Shown: piece after piece, positions 39,971-52,585 of the stretch | Layout: every line of letters starts with the position of its first letter | Position numbering within the stretch: the first letter of the stretch is position 1 | From: Hydrolagus affinis | Lineage: Eukaryota | NCBI GenBank assembly: GCA_012026655.1 | Contig: JAAILG010000129.1 | Location: forward strand, 1-64,000 | DNA length: 64,000 bases | Reading direction: 5' to 3' | Program-made: the position numbers and the translations under genes | Notes under the pieces: generated by a model | Database searches by the model: none | What the model was told of the DNA's origin: nothing | The model's input: the letters and a program-made list of their open reading frames with translations, nothing else

Positions 39971-42900
39971 TGAAGAAGAGCATGACACATACATTATTGC
40001 TGGGTATTTACACAGTTTAAGTCAAGATAGTATATTAATCTCACCCACACAAAATTATACATTACTGCTGACTTACTGGAGAAAAAATACCTTCAATGCA
40101 ACACCACAAAATGTCACATCTTTGCACCTCACTAACTCCCACCTCACTAATTCCCAGTAACTAGTCATCAACAAAAGCTCTGCTTATAAATTGAAAGAAC
40201 GAGCTGCCTCAATGCTACAGTGGGAATGAGCAGTGTCCAAGGTAGCAAGGAGCTATACATACCAGAGGATTGCAGGTTGGATTCCCGGTGGAGCCCGACA
40301 AATGAAGGATGGCCATTGGGCTGAAGTGTTGGGGCTCGAGGAATCGTTCCCCAGCATTGGTCAGTGCCTTAAGAGGGGAAACAATTGGCAATATAAAATG
40401 CACATAATTCCAGAGAGCTTGCCAACTACTGTAGCAATTTAGTTCAGAATTAAAAACATTTTCATCTGGATTTTTTCTTGTCCTCCAATTTCCTCCTCTA
40501 TATGTACTAACATCTCCTGACAGTAACTATTATTGGCTCCAGGGTCTTGGGACATCCTTCCAAAGTGAATAGCTCTACACAAATGTAGGTTACTGTTAAT
40601 GTGCGAACTGCAGTGGGAAGCGGACATCGCTGCCCCAATCCTAACCACACTCGTGCCTTCCAGCCAGGAAAGAAGGTGGAGGGTCCACAGGTGTTTCAAT
40701 CCACGATTGTTTGTGGGACACGGCTGTGCACAATTGACTATCGCCTTTCACCAACAAAATACACAATAGATTATGAATTTACAGTATATTTTGGGAAGCA
40801 CTATTGAGAGGTCCCAACGATGTGATAAGGTGCTATTAGTTACCTAACTGTACAGCACCTTGGGACGTCCTCTCGACGTGAAAGGCGCTATATAAATGTA
40901 AGTTTTGAAGTTTTGAAGCGCTTTGGGACGTTGATAAGATGTGGAAAGCGCTATATCAAATGCAAGGATTATTATTAAGTTTTGATTGATTGATTTGATA
41001 TATCAAAGGCAAAGATTATTATTATAAGTTGTAGTTTGTAGAATCAAATAAGCAAGTTGTAAAGAACAAGAAATTATAATTACCCTCTTGGCTGTGGACG
41101 GAACTAAGGGGCCAATTGCACAAGAGCACAACAAACCGAAAGCTTACAATAGAAACTCGTTGTTGCTGAGCTCTGGCCCAGCATTCCTGCTCAGTCTGTG
41201 ATAAGTCTTGGTTAATGGATAATGGCTTTATTACACATCTCTTTGTGGAATTCAACAACAAGGTCTAGATTTTCCTCACGGGCGATGGGGACAGGTTATT
41301 GCCACAGTAAACCTGCCAGCCTCCCCTTCCCGCTGCCGGGATACAGCCGAGGACAATACTAAATATTCCGACTGTTACTGTACCAGCCGTGTTCAGCCAC
41401 AACACACCAAGTCGTTCCTACACCTTGGCTCCTTTAACTCATGCTTTTCCAACTCCCCTTCTTCCTTCCCTTGAACTGAAATCCTTGGCAACTGAGCTTC
41501 AGGAATGGGAAGCTGCAATGAAAACCCCTATTCCCTCTGTGTGAAATTTGAGTGAATGTAACTCAGATTATTTGGGTGATGAACTATCTGTGCTATCCTT
41601 TATAGAGGATATTTATAGAGCGCCTTGGGACGTCCTACCAATGTGAAAGGTGCTCTATGAATGTAATTTTGTTGTTGTTGTAGCCATGTCTTGCCTCCAT
41701 TCCTGCAATGAATGATTTACTGAGATGTGACTCATAACAGGGGCTTGTACTGAGGTCAGACTGAGTTGTCTATTATTGCCAATTGCAGTGTCCGTGAGCA
41801 GTCATTACTGTAGCTACACCACACCCAGAGTGGAACCAGAGTCACTACTGCTCTTTGACAAAGTGACTCACCATCACGGTGAATGTGGGAGATGTATTTC
41901 CGAGTAAACTGGTAAAAGTATCAGATAATCTCAGTGCTCTGAGACGCTACCCGAAGGGCAGTATAACAGTACAAGTACAAGTGGTTAATGTTGTCCTTCC
42001 AAATGGAAAGCGAGTGCCCTGGGAACTGTAGGTTCTTCTTACCTGGTTGTTCATGGTGAATAATGATGACCATCAAACATGTCCACTATTCAAATCTAAC
42101 CTCTCCTTCCCTGAAACCTCCAACCTCATCAGCATAAAGAAACATCATGGCCTACAGAGTATTTGTTCATCTCGTGTCTGCACATGACTTTCTAACCTCA
42201 ATAATCTCCCTAAAGAGATTCTAGATATGAATACCTGTCTAGATAGCACTTAGATATGAATACCAGTAAATGTTGGGCCTTTTTGTATCTCCCTGAAGCA
42301 ACACATCCATCAAGGACAAATAGTAGTGATATCATCGGACATTCAAATCATGACTGAAGACCGTTTTTTCAACCATGCTAACGGTCATCCCTCCCTCTCT
42401 CCAGCTCAGCGTCAGGATCCGCCACTGTTAAAACTCCGAGACGCTATCCCGCATGAAAGGCATTATATAAATGTAAGTTGTTGTCATTGTTGGCACAGCA
42501 GTAGTTGATTCAGTTAGCTCTATAAGTGGTGTATTTACAATTTTAGTAATGTTTAATGTATTTACACATCAACAGCTGATTTATGAATGCGGGTTCCATT
42601 ATTTATTACAAACACCATTTTGGGGGAGAAGGTTATTACACTACATGTGAAGCCTTTCTTAACTGGGTGACAAAGATAGGTTGTTTCAAGGTCAACCCTA
42701 AAGTAATATAGTGCCAGAGATTACATCATCCATCATCATGTACTGCCTGTCCCCGTCCTCCACACACGCACTGCATAGACTCTTGACCTCGCTACAAGAC
42801 ACTCACGATGTGATAAAAGCCTCTTATCTTCCACCAAACCAAAAATCCGGTTAACAATCCAACAGCGGCAAAATTTCAGTTGAAATTACTTTCGGTCTCT

Positions 42901-43474
42901 GAATCTCGCTACAGTTTCAGATGTGTTTCAATGAGAACACAGAAGCCTGTGCTGAGTGAAAGAATGTGGATCTTATCCCGTTCCCTTCTTCACATGTAAA
43001 ACAAAAGGTCTTCTCTGCCTATCGTTGCCCTGTTTATCACCCTGTGTAGTTGATGTTAATCCTTAACTAGACTTAAGTCAACACTAACTCCATATGGTTA
43101 GCAGGATAACTTGTGGCCTGCCTGCAACACCTGAGAGGTCCTGTGTGGCCAAATGAGAAAGTCTCACTGTCTAAAGCCCAATAATTATGAGACTAAATAA
43201 TGCTTGAGTTCACCTCAGAATGTTCTCAGACAATGGCAATTTGGGGTCAGAAGGTTTAAGACGTGTGATAGGCTTTGGGCTCACAGTGCAGACCGATATC
43301 CCAGCGCAGACTGACATCGCAGCGCATTATTGTGGTGAACACTGAATTATTAAGACATTCCATTCCTCCTACTCTAAGGGTATCAAGAGATATGGAGCAA
43401 AGAGATACTTGGATTTGAGCATGAATCAGCCGTGATCTAACAGAAGGCGGAACAGGTTTGACTTCGACCTGTTT

Positions 43475-43835
43475 TAATAATAATAATAATCTTTGCATTT
43501 GTTACAGCGCCTTATCACGTCTTCAAAACTTCACAAACTGCTTCACAGAATATATTGTAAATTGAATTGACTGTATATCTTGTGGGCGAAACACGGCAGC
43601 CAATTGCGCACAGCGGTGTCCTCACAAACAGTCATGGATTGAAGCGACCAAGTTTTAAAAAGTAATTATTACCCCCAGAAAAGCGATCCGCCAATTGACT
43701 AACAACCGGTTCCTACTTACTGCTAGGTAAACAGACCTGTGTAGAATAAGGAAACTTACCCAAAGTTTTGCCTTGCTCGGAAATCAAACCCAGGACTCTT
43801 GCTTGCAAGGCTAGTGCTATAAACACTGAGCTGCA
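43475..43835 (-). mobile_element. same tRNA-SINE family, near full length
   Basis: head, body and (ATT)n tail on the minus strand. Confidence 0.85.
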
Positions 43836-46800
43836 CTGCGTAACTCAGTAAACCTCATATTAATTGTATCAGTTGGGACTCATTAAGTACTCATTAAAAC
43901 TTGTGCAAAGTATGAGTTATCTCAAACTTATTCGGAATACAAATTCTTGAATGGGCTTGGCAAGACGTATTGCTGAGATGATTACATGATTTATACAGAT
44001 CAGACTTGTGCGAGTTTTACAGTGTAACAACAATAAGACATTTATCCCAGATTTGTTACCCCAGAAATATCAGACCTCTGGCTTCCCCCCTTGTCACACC
44101 TGGTCAATGTAATGTTAACCCTCTGGGTGCTGTTGTTCCCTGGATCATATCCAGAATCAACTAAAAGCAGTAACAACCCATGGAATTGTAATCAGCCCAC
44201 AAGCTAATGTTCTCTGATTTCATTAAACAATACAATACAATATAATACAGTGGTGGGTGATCTGTGATAAGAGGAATGTAACAATACTTGGAATATGTGT
44301 TATCTGCTGAGTAACAAAATTGAAGTCAGGGTCCTTTTCATTGAGGAGTTTATAACCTAGTTCCGATGTGATGACAATTAATTGGTTAATGTGTAGCCTG
44401 GTGGGTTAAAACCTGGCTCCTTGTCGGTTCCTGAGAGAGATACATCAATGTACCTTTTCTGCTGCCATCAAACCTCAGAAAACTTCACTGAAACATCACC
44501 TCACCTTCATCCCTAAAATATATTGTCTCCCCACATTCAACACGAGAAAATTCGGATGAAACGAACAGGATTACCAACTGGGGAAAGGGAACCAGGCATA
44601 AAGCAGATTAAACTCTACCCAAGACAGTTATACGCTATTAGGAGGCAATTCGTTAAAATAACGAGGATAAATAAAGGTCTTTGGATGGTTTCGTTGCAAT
44701 TGCATATTGATGTTCTCACTAAATAACCCCTCACTCTAAATCAGATGTGTGATAATTTGGATACGTGATAATAACTCACTAACTATGTGGTAAAGTGTCG
44801 GCATCATTTGCTAGTTTGCAACTGCACATTACATACAATAGGAATACAATTCCGGGTGACTTTTGATTTTAACTTTTAAATGAATGAATTATAATTTAAT
44901 TGATATTAATTTACCAATTAAACCCCCCGACCCCTCACAGGGGCTACAGCAAGTGGTTTACACCGTTTATTTTCCATGTGTGAGAATGTTAAGGAACTAA
45001 TTTCATGTGAAACACCTGGTAAAGAAATAGGAAAGGCGTTGAATCTAACTCAGTCCACATTGGATCCGGGTGATCTATATTCACAGCCCACACTGTGTGT
45101 GTGTGTTTGACTTATTGTTGTTGATGTAACCAAATGTGTAAACCAATTGTATTAGTTTCTGACTTTACTCCATCGAATTGATGCGAGATGTAAATTAAAT
45201 TATTCTGGCTTTGAATGGTTTACTAAAACACCCTGAGCGAAACTGTTACTTTGTCATGACACACATCTCTCAATTCCTAATTTACGAAATGTCTTTTCAC
45301 TTTCAGGATCCCAGCTGTGTCCTCCTATTTTTATTTGCATTAATAATACATTATTATTATTACTTGGGAGGAAACGTAATAAGGTCACGGTAATATAACG
45401 ATAACAATATGATAATGATCCTGTATTAACCCTAACTGTACAATAACCACATCATAACATAATAATTACCGCATTATTGTTACATTTCCTCCCATTTTCA
45501 AACGATTATTATTATTACCATCAATGCCAACAGAAGAATATACTGCCAACTGTAAATGGCCCGAGTTTAGTTCATTGTCCTGGGAGGAGTAACCGGTTTC
45601 GAAGGGTTTTTCACTGTGTCTCAATTTGAATCTATTCGAATATCTTCATTTGTAAAGAAATCGACACTTTGTGCCCGTTTTTACAATCTTTCTAGTTTCA
45701 TTTTGTTCTATTTTATTTCCTATCCACTGTTTTTTTTCCGTGTGTGTGTGTGTGTGTTTGTTATTTTCCTGCTTATTTAACCATCGTCGCCTTTTCTCTC
45801 TGTGCGTTAGTTTTGGAAACATTTACTGAGAGCAATTTGTGAGCGACCGCCCGACCTCTGGTCTCCATGTAACCTCACGATAGATAAGAACATGTTTCCA
45901 AACGCCAGGTAACTAACCGAGGGCATTGTGTAAAATGCTAATGTTGCTGTTCTCTCCTCTTTGTAGTTTTGCTCAACAAAAGTCACATCTAAGAGCATCT
46001 TATCTCCCAACAAGGCTGTGGAGAGGCAGCGAGTTCAGCTTCTTTTTGAAGCTGAACTCGCTTTTTGAAAAAAAAAGGGATTTTTTTTTCCAGGTGAGAT
46101 GTTTCTTTATGAATTAAAATATCTCAGAAACCATTCCAGTCTCAGTCGAGGTTTTCTGGAACTTAATTAACAATTGCACAGGGAGAGAGAGAAAAAAAAA
46201 CCCGGTTCGAATAATATACCCAACTGTCAATGTTTTAATTCAAACATGGAAGTGAATATGAGTGAAAATCAGCACATTTTAATTTCCTTTTTTCTTCTAA
46301 AATAAAGACCCAGGGATTTGATATCACCTGTTTGAGCGCCTTTGGACGTCCTCCCGACGTGAACGGCGCTACACAAATGTAATTCTGTTGTTGGAACTTT
46401 TTGTATGAATAAACATGCATTTTGATAAGTTTTGAAAGTAACCATATTTAACAGAGGGATTACTTACTAACCTCCGCCCGAGTGAATGAAAGGGACAGAA
46501 TACTGAGTTAGTGCAAGTAAATGCTACATATTGTTGAACCGGTCAAAGTAACACAAGAACATTTATGGAAAAGCTATTGATATATATCTCTGTGTGTGTG
46601 TATATATATATGTGTGTGTGTGTTGTGTATGTATGTGTGTGTCTGTGTGTGAACTCTGGTTGCCCCCTAGGCCGGGCCCAGGAGAAGACAATCACTAGAT
46701 AAAGGGGGAGAGTTTGGATAAAGCCTATCATCTTTAAGGAGGGTTGTTTGATGTGAATTACCGGGGAGGTGGAATATGAAAGGGAAATGTGTGTGTGTGT

Positions 46801-49420
46801 ATGTGTGTGTTTGAGCAGCGTGAATAGAATGTAGTTTAGGGGGACATCAAAGGCAGAGAAATTTGTCTCCCCGCCTGGTCTGATAAGGGAAGAAAATGGG
46901 AGTAAAACAATGAGAACAGCCCCTGCCCTGCCCACATCTCCATCTGTATACCCCAGCCCTGCCCTGTGCTGGTCAACCAACAGTGACACTCCCACCCTCA
47001 CCGCCCTGACTGACCAGTAATTGGGGATGTTTTGATATTGAGATGTTGGCTGTGGACAGTACAAGAATCACAAGATTCCGGATTGGAGCGGATGTGAATC
47101 TCACCTTTTATTACAGGGGAAAAAAACCGAAGGGAATCTCCACTGAAGAGGAAACTGTCAGGTCACTCACTTATTTCTGGAGGGTGGGGGGAGGGGGGTT
47201 AGGGGGACGCTGAGCAGCCTGCCACAATACTGCACAATTATACACACGACTGTTTGGTCGACTTGTGCATTTGGAAGAGTTGGTTCCCACTCAATGCCGT
47301 GGAGCACATTGTATAATAATGGTTGATTGCCTTATATTAGCATTTCTCTCTCTCCCCACCTCTCTCCATTACATGTATGTATTTCTATATAAATATACTT
47401 TTTTGGGGCAAGTTTTTGGTGTTTCATTCCCAAACGAGGTGCTAAAGACGAGGAGCATTTCATTGATAATGTTTTGTTATATTGGGGAAAGTTGATAGAT
47501 TTGTAATTCAATCGAATGTCTATGTAGGGGGTGGTTTCACACTAGGCAACAGAGGGTAGAATACAACTGGACAGATTGCTTTATCGTGTTACAATATCCA
47601 CATGTACAGTATTACCTCCTCGTTGTTCTTACAACCCACTGCGGTTTACACCAGTGTGTTAAAGAGTTTAAAGCACATTATTGTACAGATCACAGCTGGA
47701 GTTGAGCCTACAAAACTTAATTCAAGAATTGAGGATTCATTCGATATACCTGTATCATCAACAGGTCTTCAATTCCAATATCTGCTGTCTCTCGGCACAA
47801 TGTAATCTCCACTTAACCGGCATCTCAACCTGTACATCAATATAATAATGATCCTTGCGTTTGTCGTAGCGCTGTTCACATCTTCTCGACGTCTCAACGC
47901 GCTTCACAGAGCTTCCCCAAATGCAAGGATTATTATTATTATTATTATTATTAAAACACCTGAAAATTCTCTCGACTTTTAACGTGCTATTCTATTTAAA
48001 GTGTAAAAGAGATACAGTATGTATCACAGGAGGAACCGGGTTAGTGTCTAAACACGAGCAGCCTGTGGTGTGAGATGTGTAATAAATGTCTCTCTGGCTA
48101 ACTGGCGTCTTTACACCTTTAATACAACTTTCGAAATCACCAGTAACTAAACCAACTGACTAACTAAACAACTAACTAAACGACTAACTAACCAGCTGCT
48201 CACTCGCGAATAAACTGGAGAATGTCATTCATGGAAAGGTAGCGTTTTCTGGCTAAAGACTTGACATCACTCAATAACTTTTTTAAAAATATATAAAGTG
48301 TGAATTTACTGGGAATATAGATGTGTATATATAACAATACAGTAGGTTTAAGATGTTACAAGCTGGTGTAAAGGGAGGTGTAGAGACATGGTGAGCGGTG
48401 TCTGACAGACTGCGGTGAGTATGTTGAACAAGGCTGTGTTTGTGGACATGGGTAAGTCAGGGGGACACCGTGTGTGTGAGTGAGTGAGTGAGTGAGTGAG
48501 AGAAAGGGAGAGTGTAACCTCAGCTTGTGAGAGAGCTGGCTGGCACTGTGTGACAGTGTGGGAGGGAGAGAAGATCTAATAACAGGGGCACAGCTTCGTT
48601 TAATTTCATCAAAAGTAATCGGTTGGAATATGCGGGATCTCAGTTCAGAATTTATACACACACACCCTCCTGAAAAGTTGCAGATAAACTACCCACCAAT
48701 GGTCAGGAAGCCTGGTGAGAGACTCGGGGATGGAATGTAATATAATATGATATAATAATATAATCTCACGGGTAAAGTTCGCGACAGACATTTCCACACA
48801 GTGTTTCTTCCACCTTTCCCGAAATTGGAAAAGAGGTGATAACGCATCTGAGTTTCACTCTTGCTGACATTATTATTAATCTGAAGCAAACGCAATTTAA
48901 ATAGGCACCAGTTACTGTTAAAACTGAGTATGGGTGGCCATCCTACAGTACAAACAACAGGAGGGAGAGGATGAAAACAGTAACAGTAACATTAACATTC
49001 TCTCGGGCTCTGTGTGTATAAAATAACATCTAATCATTTCAGCTCAGGCACCAACTCTTGACTTGGAGAGAGTTGAGGTTCCTTTGGCCCTAGAGAGGAC
49101 ATGAGTGGTTGTGGATTGAGTCTGTGCTATTGTGGGTTCAGTTGTAGCTCACATTGGGAATCAGTCACCTCTTATTTTCCCCCTGGATATTATACTATAT
49201 ACTGTACCCCCAGCGTAAAACAGGACACCCAACCACAAGCAGAAAGCTAGGACCTCTGGCTCTCACTGCCTGCCCTGAAACTAAAATGTTGAGGAGAGCA
49301 GAGTTGTACAGAAAGGTCTGTCCATCCATGTGTGTGGCTTCCCCGGAGCGGCTGCCCTGAGCTTGAGCTGTGTATGGCCCTGGGTGGGGGGGGGGGGGTG
49401 TCCAGGAATGGGACACTTAC

Positions 49421-49841
49421 CTTGTGTGTTGGTTGGCACATTGCGTCTCATCCAATCATAGGTGTTGCGTCGCTGTGTGGTGGGGGAGAGCTGGGGCAAG
49501 GGGCTGTTGATGGGAGCCAAGAGACCGGCCGATGGAGGCTGCACAGCCGTGAAATCAGCCGGGCTGAAGGCGAGCTGTCCCGGGCCAGAGGGACTGGCCA
49601 CGTTGCCTGTGCCAAACCCGTGCCAGTCATCTCTCCCTGGCGCGTAAGGCGCTGCCCAGGCTGAGGAGGGCTGGACGTGGTGAGAGTCGCCGATGCCAGT
49701 AACGTGGTGGTGATACCCCGAGAAGTCCGTGTACTGGGGGGCCGCGGGTACGAAGTTCTGCGGGTTCAGGTTGAGGCTGGGGTGTCTGGAGGGATTGGGG
49801 TACATGGCGGCGTCTTTATCCAATAGATAGCTCACGTACAT
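49421..49841 (-). CDS. cdx1: cdx1 exon 1 CDS ([10 protein letters not shown]...[13 protein letters not shown])
   Basis: Caudal N-terminal [20 protein letters not shown] and QYTDF motifs, hexapeptide YDWMRR, donor G|gtaag; 421+146+225 nt = 263 aa + stop. Confidence 0.95.
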
Positions 49842-50029
49842 CTTCCCAAAAGGGCGCCACAGGCATTGTCTAGCCGCCTGTCCCCCCCACCTGTCTGTCT
49901 GTCTGTGTGTGTGTGTCAGTGTGTGTGTGTGTGTGAGCTCCCTCCCTCCCTCCCTCCCCTGACTCCCTCCACGCTTTGGGCGGACACACATACAAACACA
50001 CTATCTCTATCTCTCTGACTAACCTCTCA

Positions 50030-50120
50030 GGAGAGCCTACCTGACGTCAGGTCACTTTACAGCTCTGTGCATTTGCATTGGAGAGGAATGTGACTGAGCG
50101 GCCACTTCAAACACAACCTC
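50030..50120 (-). promoter_or_regulatory. cdx1 proximal promoter (putative)
   Basis: palindromic CRE TGACGTCA 50042-50049 and octamer ATTTGCAT 50071-50078, about 200 bp upstream of the ATG; TSS not determinable. Confidence 0.45.
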
Positions 50121-51880
50121 CAAGCGCTTGCTACAGAGAGATCTGGAGACTACATGGGTTTGGGTGTAATGGGACCCAGGACACAGGGTGTCTGTCTGTC
50201 TGTCACAGGGTCAGCGCTAAAGGCATTTGACGTGGAGTTGGGAAGGATTTCCCTCCATTAAACTTGGGACGCTTTTTCGTTCCTTGCAAATCTTCTCCAT
50301 TTTCTCTCTGTCTCTCCTCTCCCTGAGGATTGTGAGACTCTGGGACTTTGATATTGGGTAAGGAGTTCCAGATATGACAGAACTCTGAGATAGCTGAAGT
50401 GTAGGCTAGGGAGAGGCCAGGACTGCAGGTTTGTAAGGTACAGATAGCCATTATGAGGAATGTCACCACCAAATTGGTTCCAATGTACAAGAAAGAGAGC
50501 TGCCAATGTCAACCCAGAGCTACCAGGCTGATCTCAATCATGGGAAGCGAACTGGAAGGTTATATGAAAATAATCTTAACAAATAGCCTTTACCTGCCTA
50601 ACCCCACTTCCATGACTGTTTGTGGGACACTGCTGCGCTCAATTTGGCTGCGGTGGTTCGCCCACAAATATACGGTCAATTCTCCTACTCTCCTTCCCCC
50701 TATCCCACCCGCCCTCTGGTCCCTACCTGACTGTTCAGTGCCTTGGGAAGTCAGGAGGGTGAAAGGCACTATATACTGTAATGTAATGTTGTTGTTGTTG
50801 TTGTTGTTGTAGTTGTCCCTCAACACAGTGCTCTGGGAAACTTGCATTTGTCCTGTTGTTTTTTTGGGTGGGAAGTGAACTCGAGGGGTGTCATGTCAGG
50901 CAATTCAGGTAGACCTTAACCATCCAGTGAGAGGCTCTGTTTGAAAGAGGAGCGGAGGGTTTCTCCTGGTCAATAATCCTCTCTCAGCCACATTCACCAA
51001 CACAGGCTAATGGATCATTTAATCCCTATGTGTGAGGCGCTGTTGACAAACCATTGGCTACCATGTTTTGCCAGTCACTATAATAATAATCTTTGCAATT
51101 GATATAGCACATAATCATAGTCGTTGAGGCGTCTCAAAGCGCTTCACATGATATACTGTAAAGTGAATTGACTCTATTTTGAGGGTGAAAAACATATCTT
51201 GATATGACATGTTGTGATAAGCCCATGGATCAAATTAAAGCTTATTATATTCTGTAACCTTCCTTTGAGGTGGTGGGTGTGTTGTGCACACCCTGACCTG
51301 CTGTCATTCTTTGGTGTCCAGTTATGTTTATCTCGGAGGGATTGTCTGCTTGGAAAATAGAGTGAAATATGTGGTTGTTTTCACATCAAAATCTCCCCCG
51401 TTTGCTGGTCTGTCTGCCAGCTTTATGGTGAAGGATTTATATTTATAAAGCTGTTTAAAAGATGTTGTAATCTCAACTCTGTTAATTCCCTGATTGTGAC
51501 AGGACTCCCACAGTCTTATCTGTACACAATGTGTGCACTTCACTGGGATCAGAAATTAATATACGGAGAGCAAATTTGGAGAAAAGAAATTATAAATACA
51601 TCAATCTTGTGTTTTTAACAGGCTGCACTTACTCTGAGGAGAAGGAGATTACCAGCCTGGCTTTATTACCTCTTTTCATGTTAATGATTCATTACTGGAA
51701 ACGGTAATGTGAAAGGAAAAAGGCGAAGGAACAATCTTGTTCAATTTATCGGGGACATTTGTCTGCTTGTATGTGTGTGTTTCTCTATGTGTATACGTGT
51801 GTGTATGTGTGCATGTGTGTGTGGGTGTATGTCTTTACGTGGGATGTTTATGTGAGTGTATATGAGCATGTGGGTGTATG

Positions 51881-51992
51881 ATAATAATAATAACCATTGC
51901 ATTTGATGTAGCGCTTTTCACGTCTTCGAGACATCACAAAGTGCTTCACAGAATATACTGTAAAGTGAATTGACTGGATATTTGTGGGCGAA
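51881..51992 (-). mobile_element. short SINE/L2 3'-tail insertion with 7-bp TSD GTGTATG
   Basis: TSD at 51874-51880 and 51993-51999, inside a degenerate (TG)n tract. Confidence 0.8.
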
Positions 51993-52473
51993 GTGTATGT
52001 ATGTCTATGTGTGTGTGTGTGTGTGCATGTGGAGTTGCACAGGGATACCTATGGATGTGTTTTCCCACAGACTCTGTAACTGAACTGTGTATTGAATTGT
52101 CCTGCCACCTGTGGGATCCTTCAGGAAACCAGAATAACTAATTAACCTGTGGTCTTGAGCAATGAAATGACCAACTGAGCCACAGGAGGGCACTGTTTGC
52201 CGTGTTTGAGGAAGGGTTTGGTGGTTTGGTCCCAGATTGGCTGAAGGTTGAACCTTGATGGGTCCCAGGCTGCTCCTCTGAACAAGCACAGTTGAAGGGA
52301 AATCTCCAGATCAGAAGGAAGAAATCAACACTCCTTCAGCTGGGTTAGTGGGAACATTTACCCCATCCCATGGAACCTCCCGCCAGATCAGCTGTGAGGA
52401 GCAGAGATTGCCCACAAAACACACAGTCATTATAGATATAGTATATCCTGTGAAGCGCTTTGAGGCATCTTAA

Positions 52474-52585
52474 TAATAATAATAATCCTTGCATTTGATA
52501 TAGCACATCTTTCACATCTTATCGACGTCCCAAAGCGCTTCACAGAATATACTGTAAAGTGAATTGACTGTATATTTGTGGGCGA
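52474..52585 (-). mobile_element. short SINE/L2 3'-tail inserted into an older opposite-strand copy, TSD ATCTTAA
   Basis: TSD at 52467-52473 and 52586-52592; host tail continues on both sides. Confidence 0.8.

Noticed and set aside
39405-39983. Pro-rich 192-aa ORF
   Set aside because: Artefact of the N gap, low-complexity purine tract and SINE tail
37328-49841. Alternative assignment as cdx2 or cdx4
   Set aside because: C-terminal [14 protein letters not shown] motif, 263-aa length and camk2a linkage fit cdx1
49842-49991. N-terminal extension of Cdx1 shown in the ORF track
   Set aside because: Non-ATG start running through a (CA)n microsatellite; the conserved start is MYVSYLL at 49841
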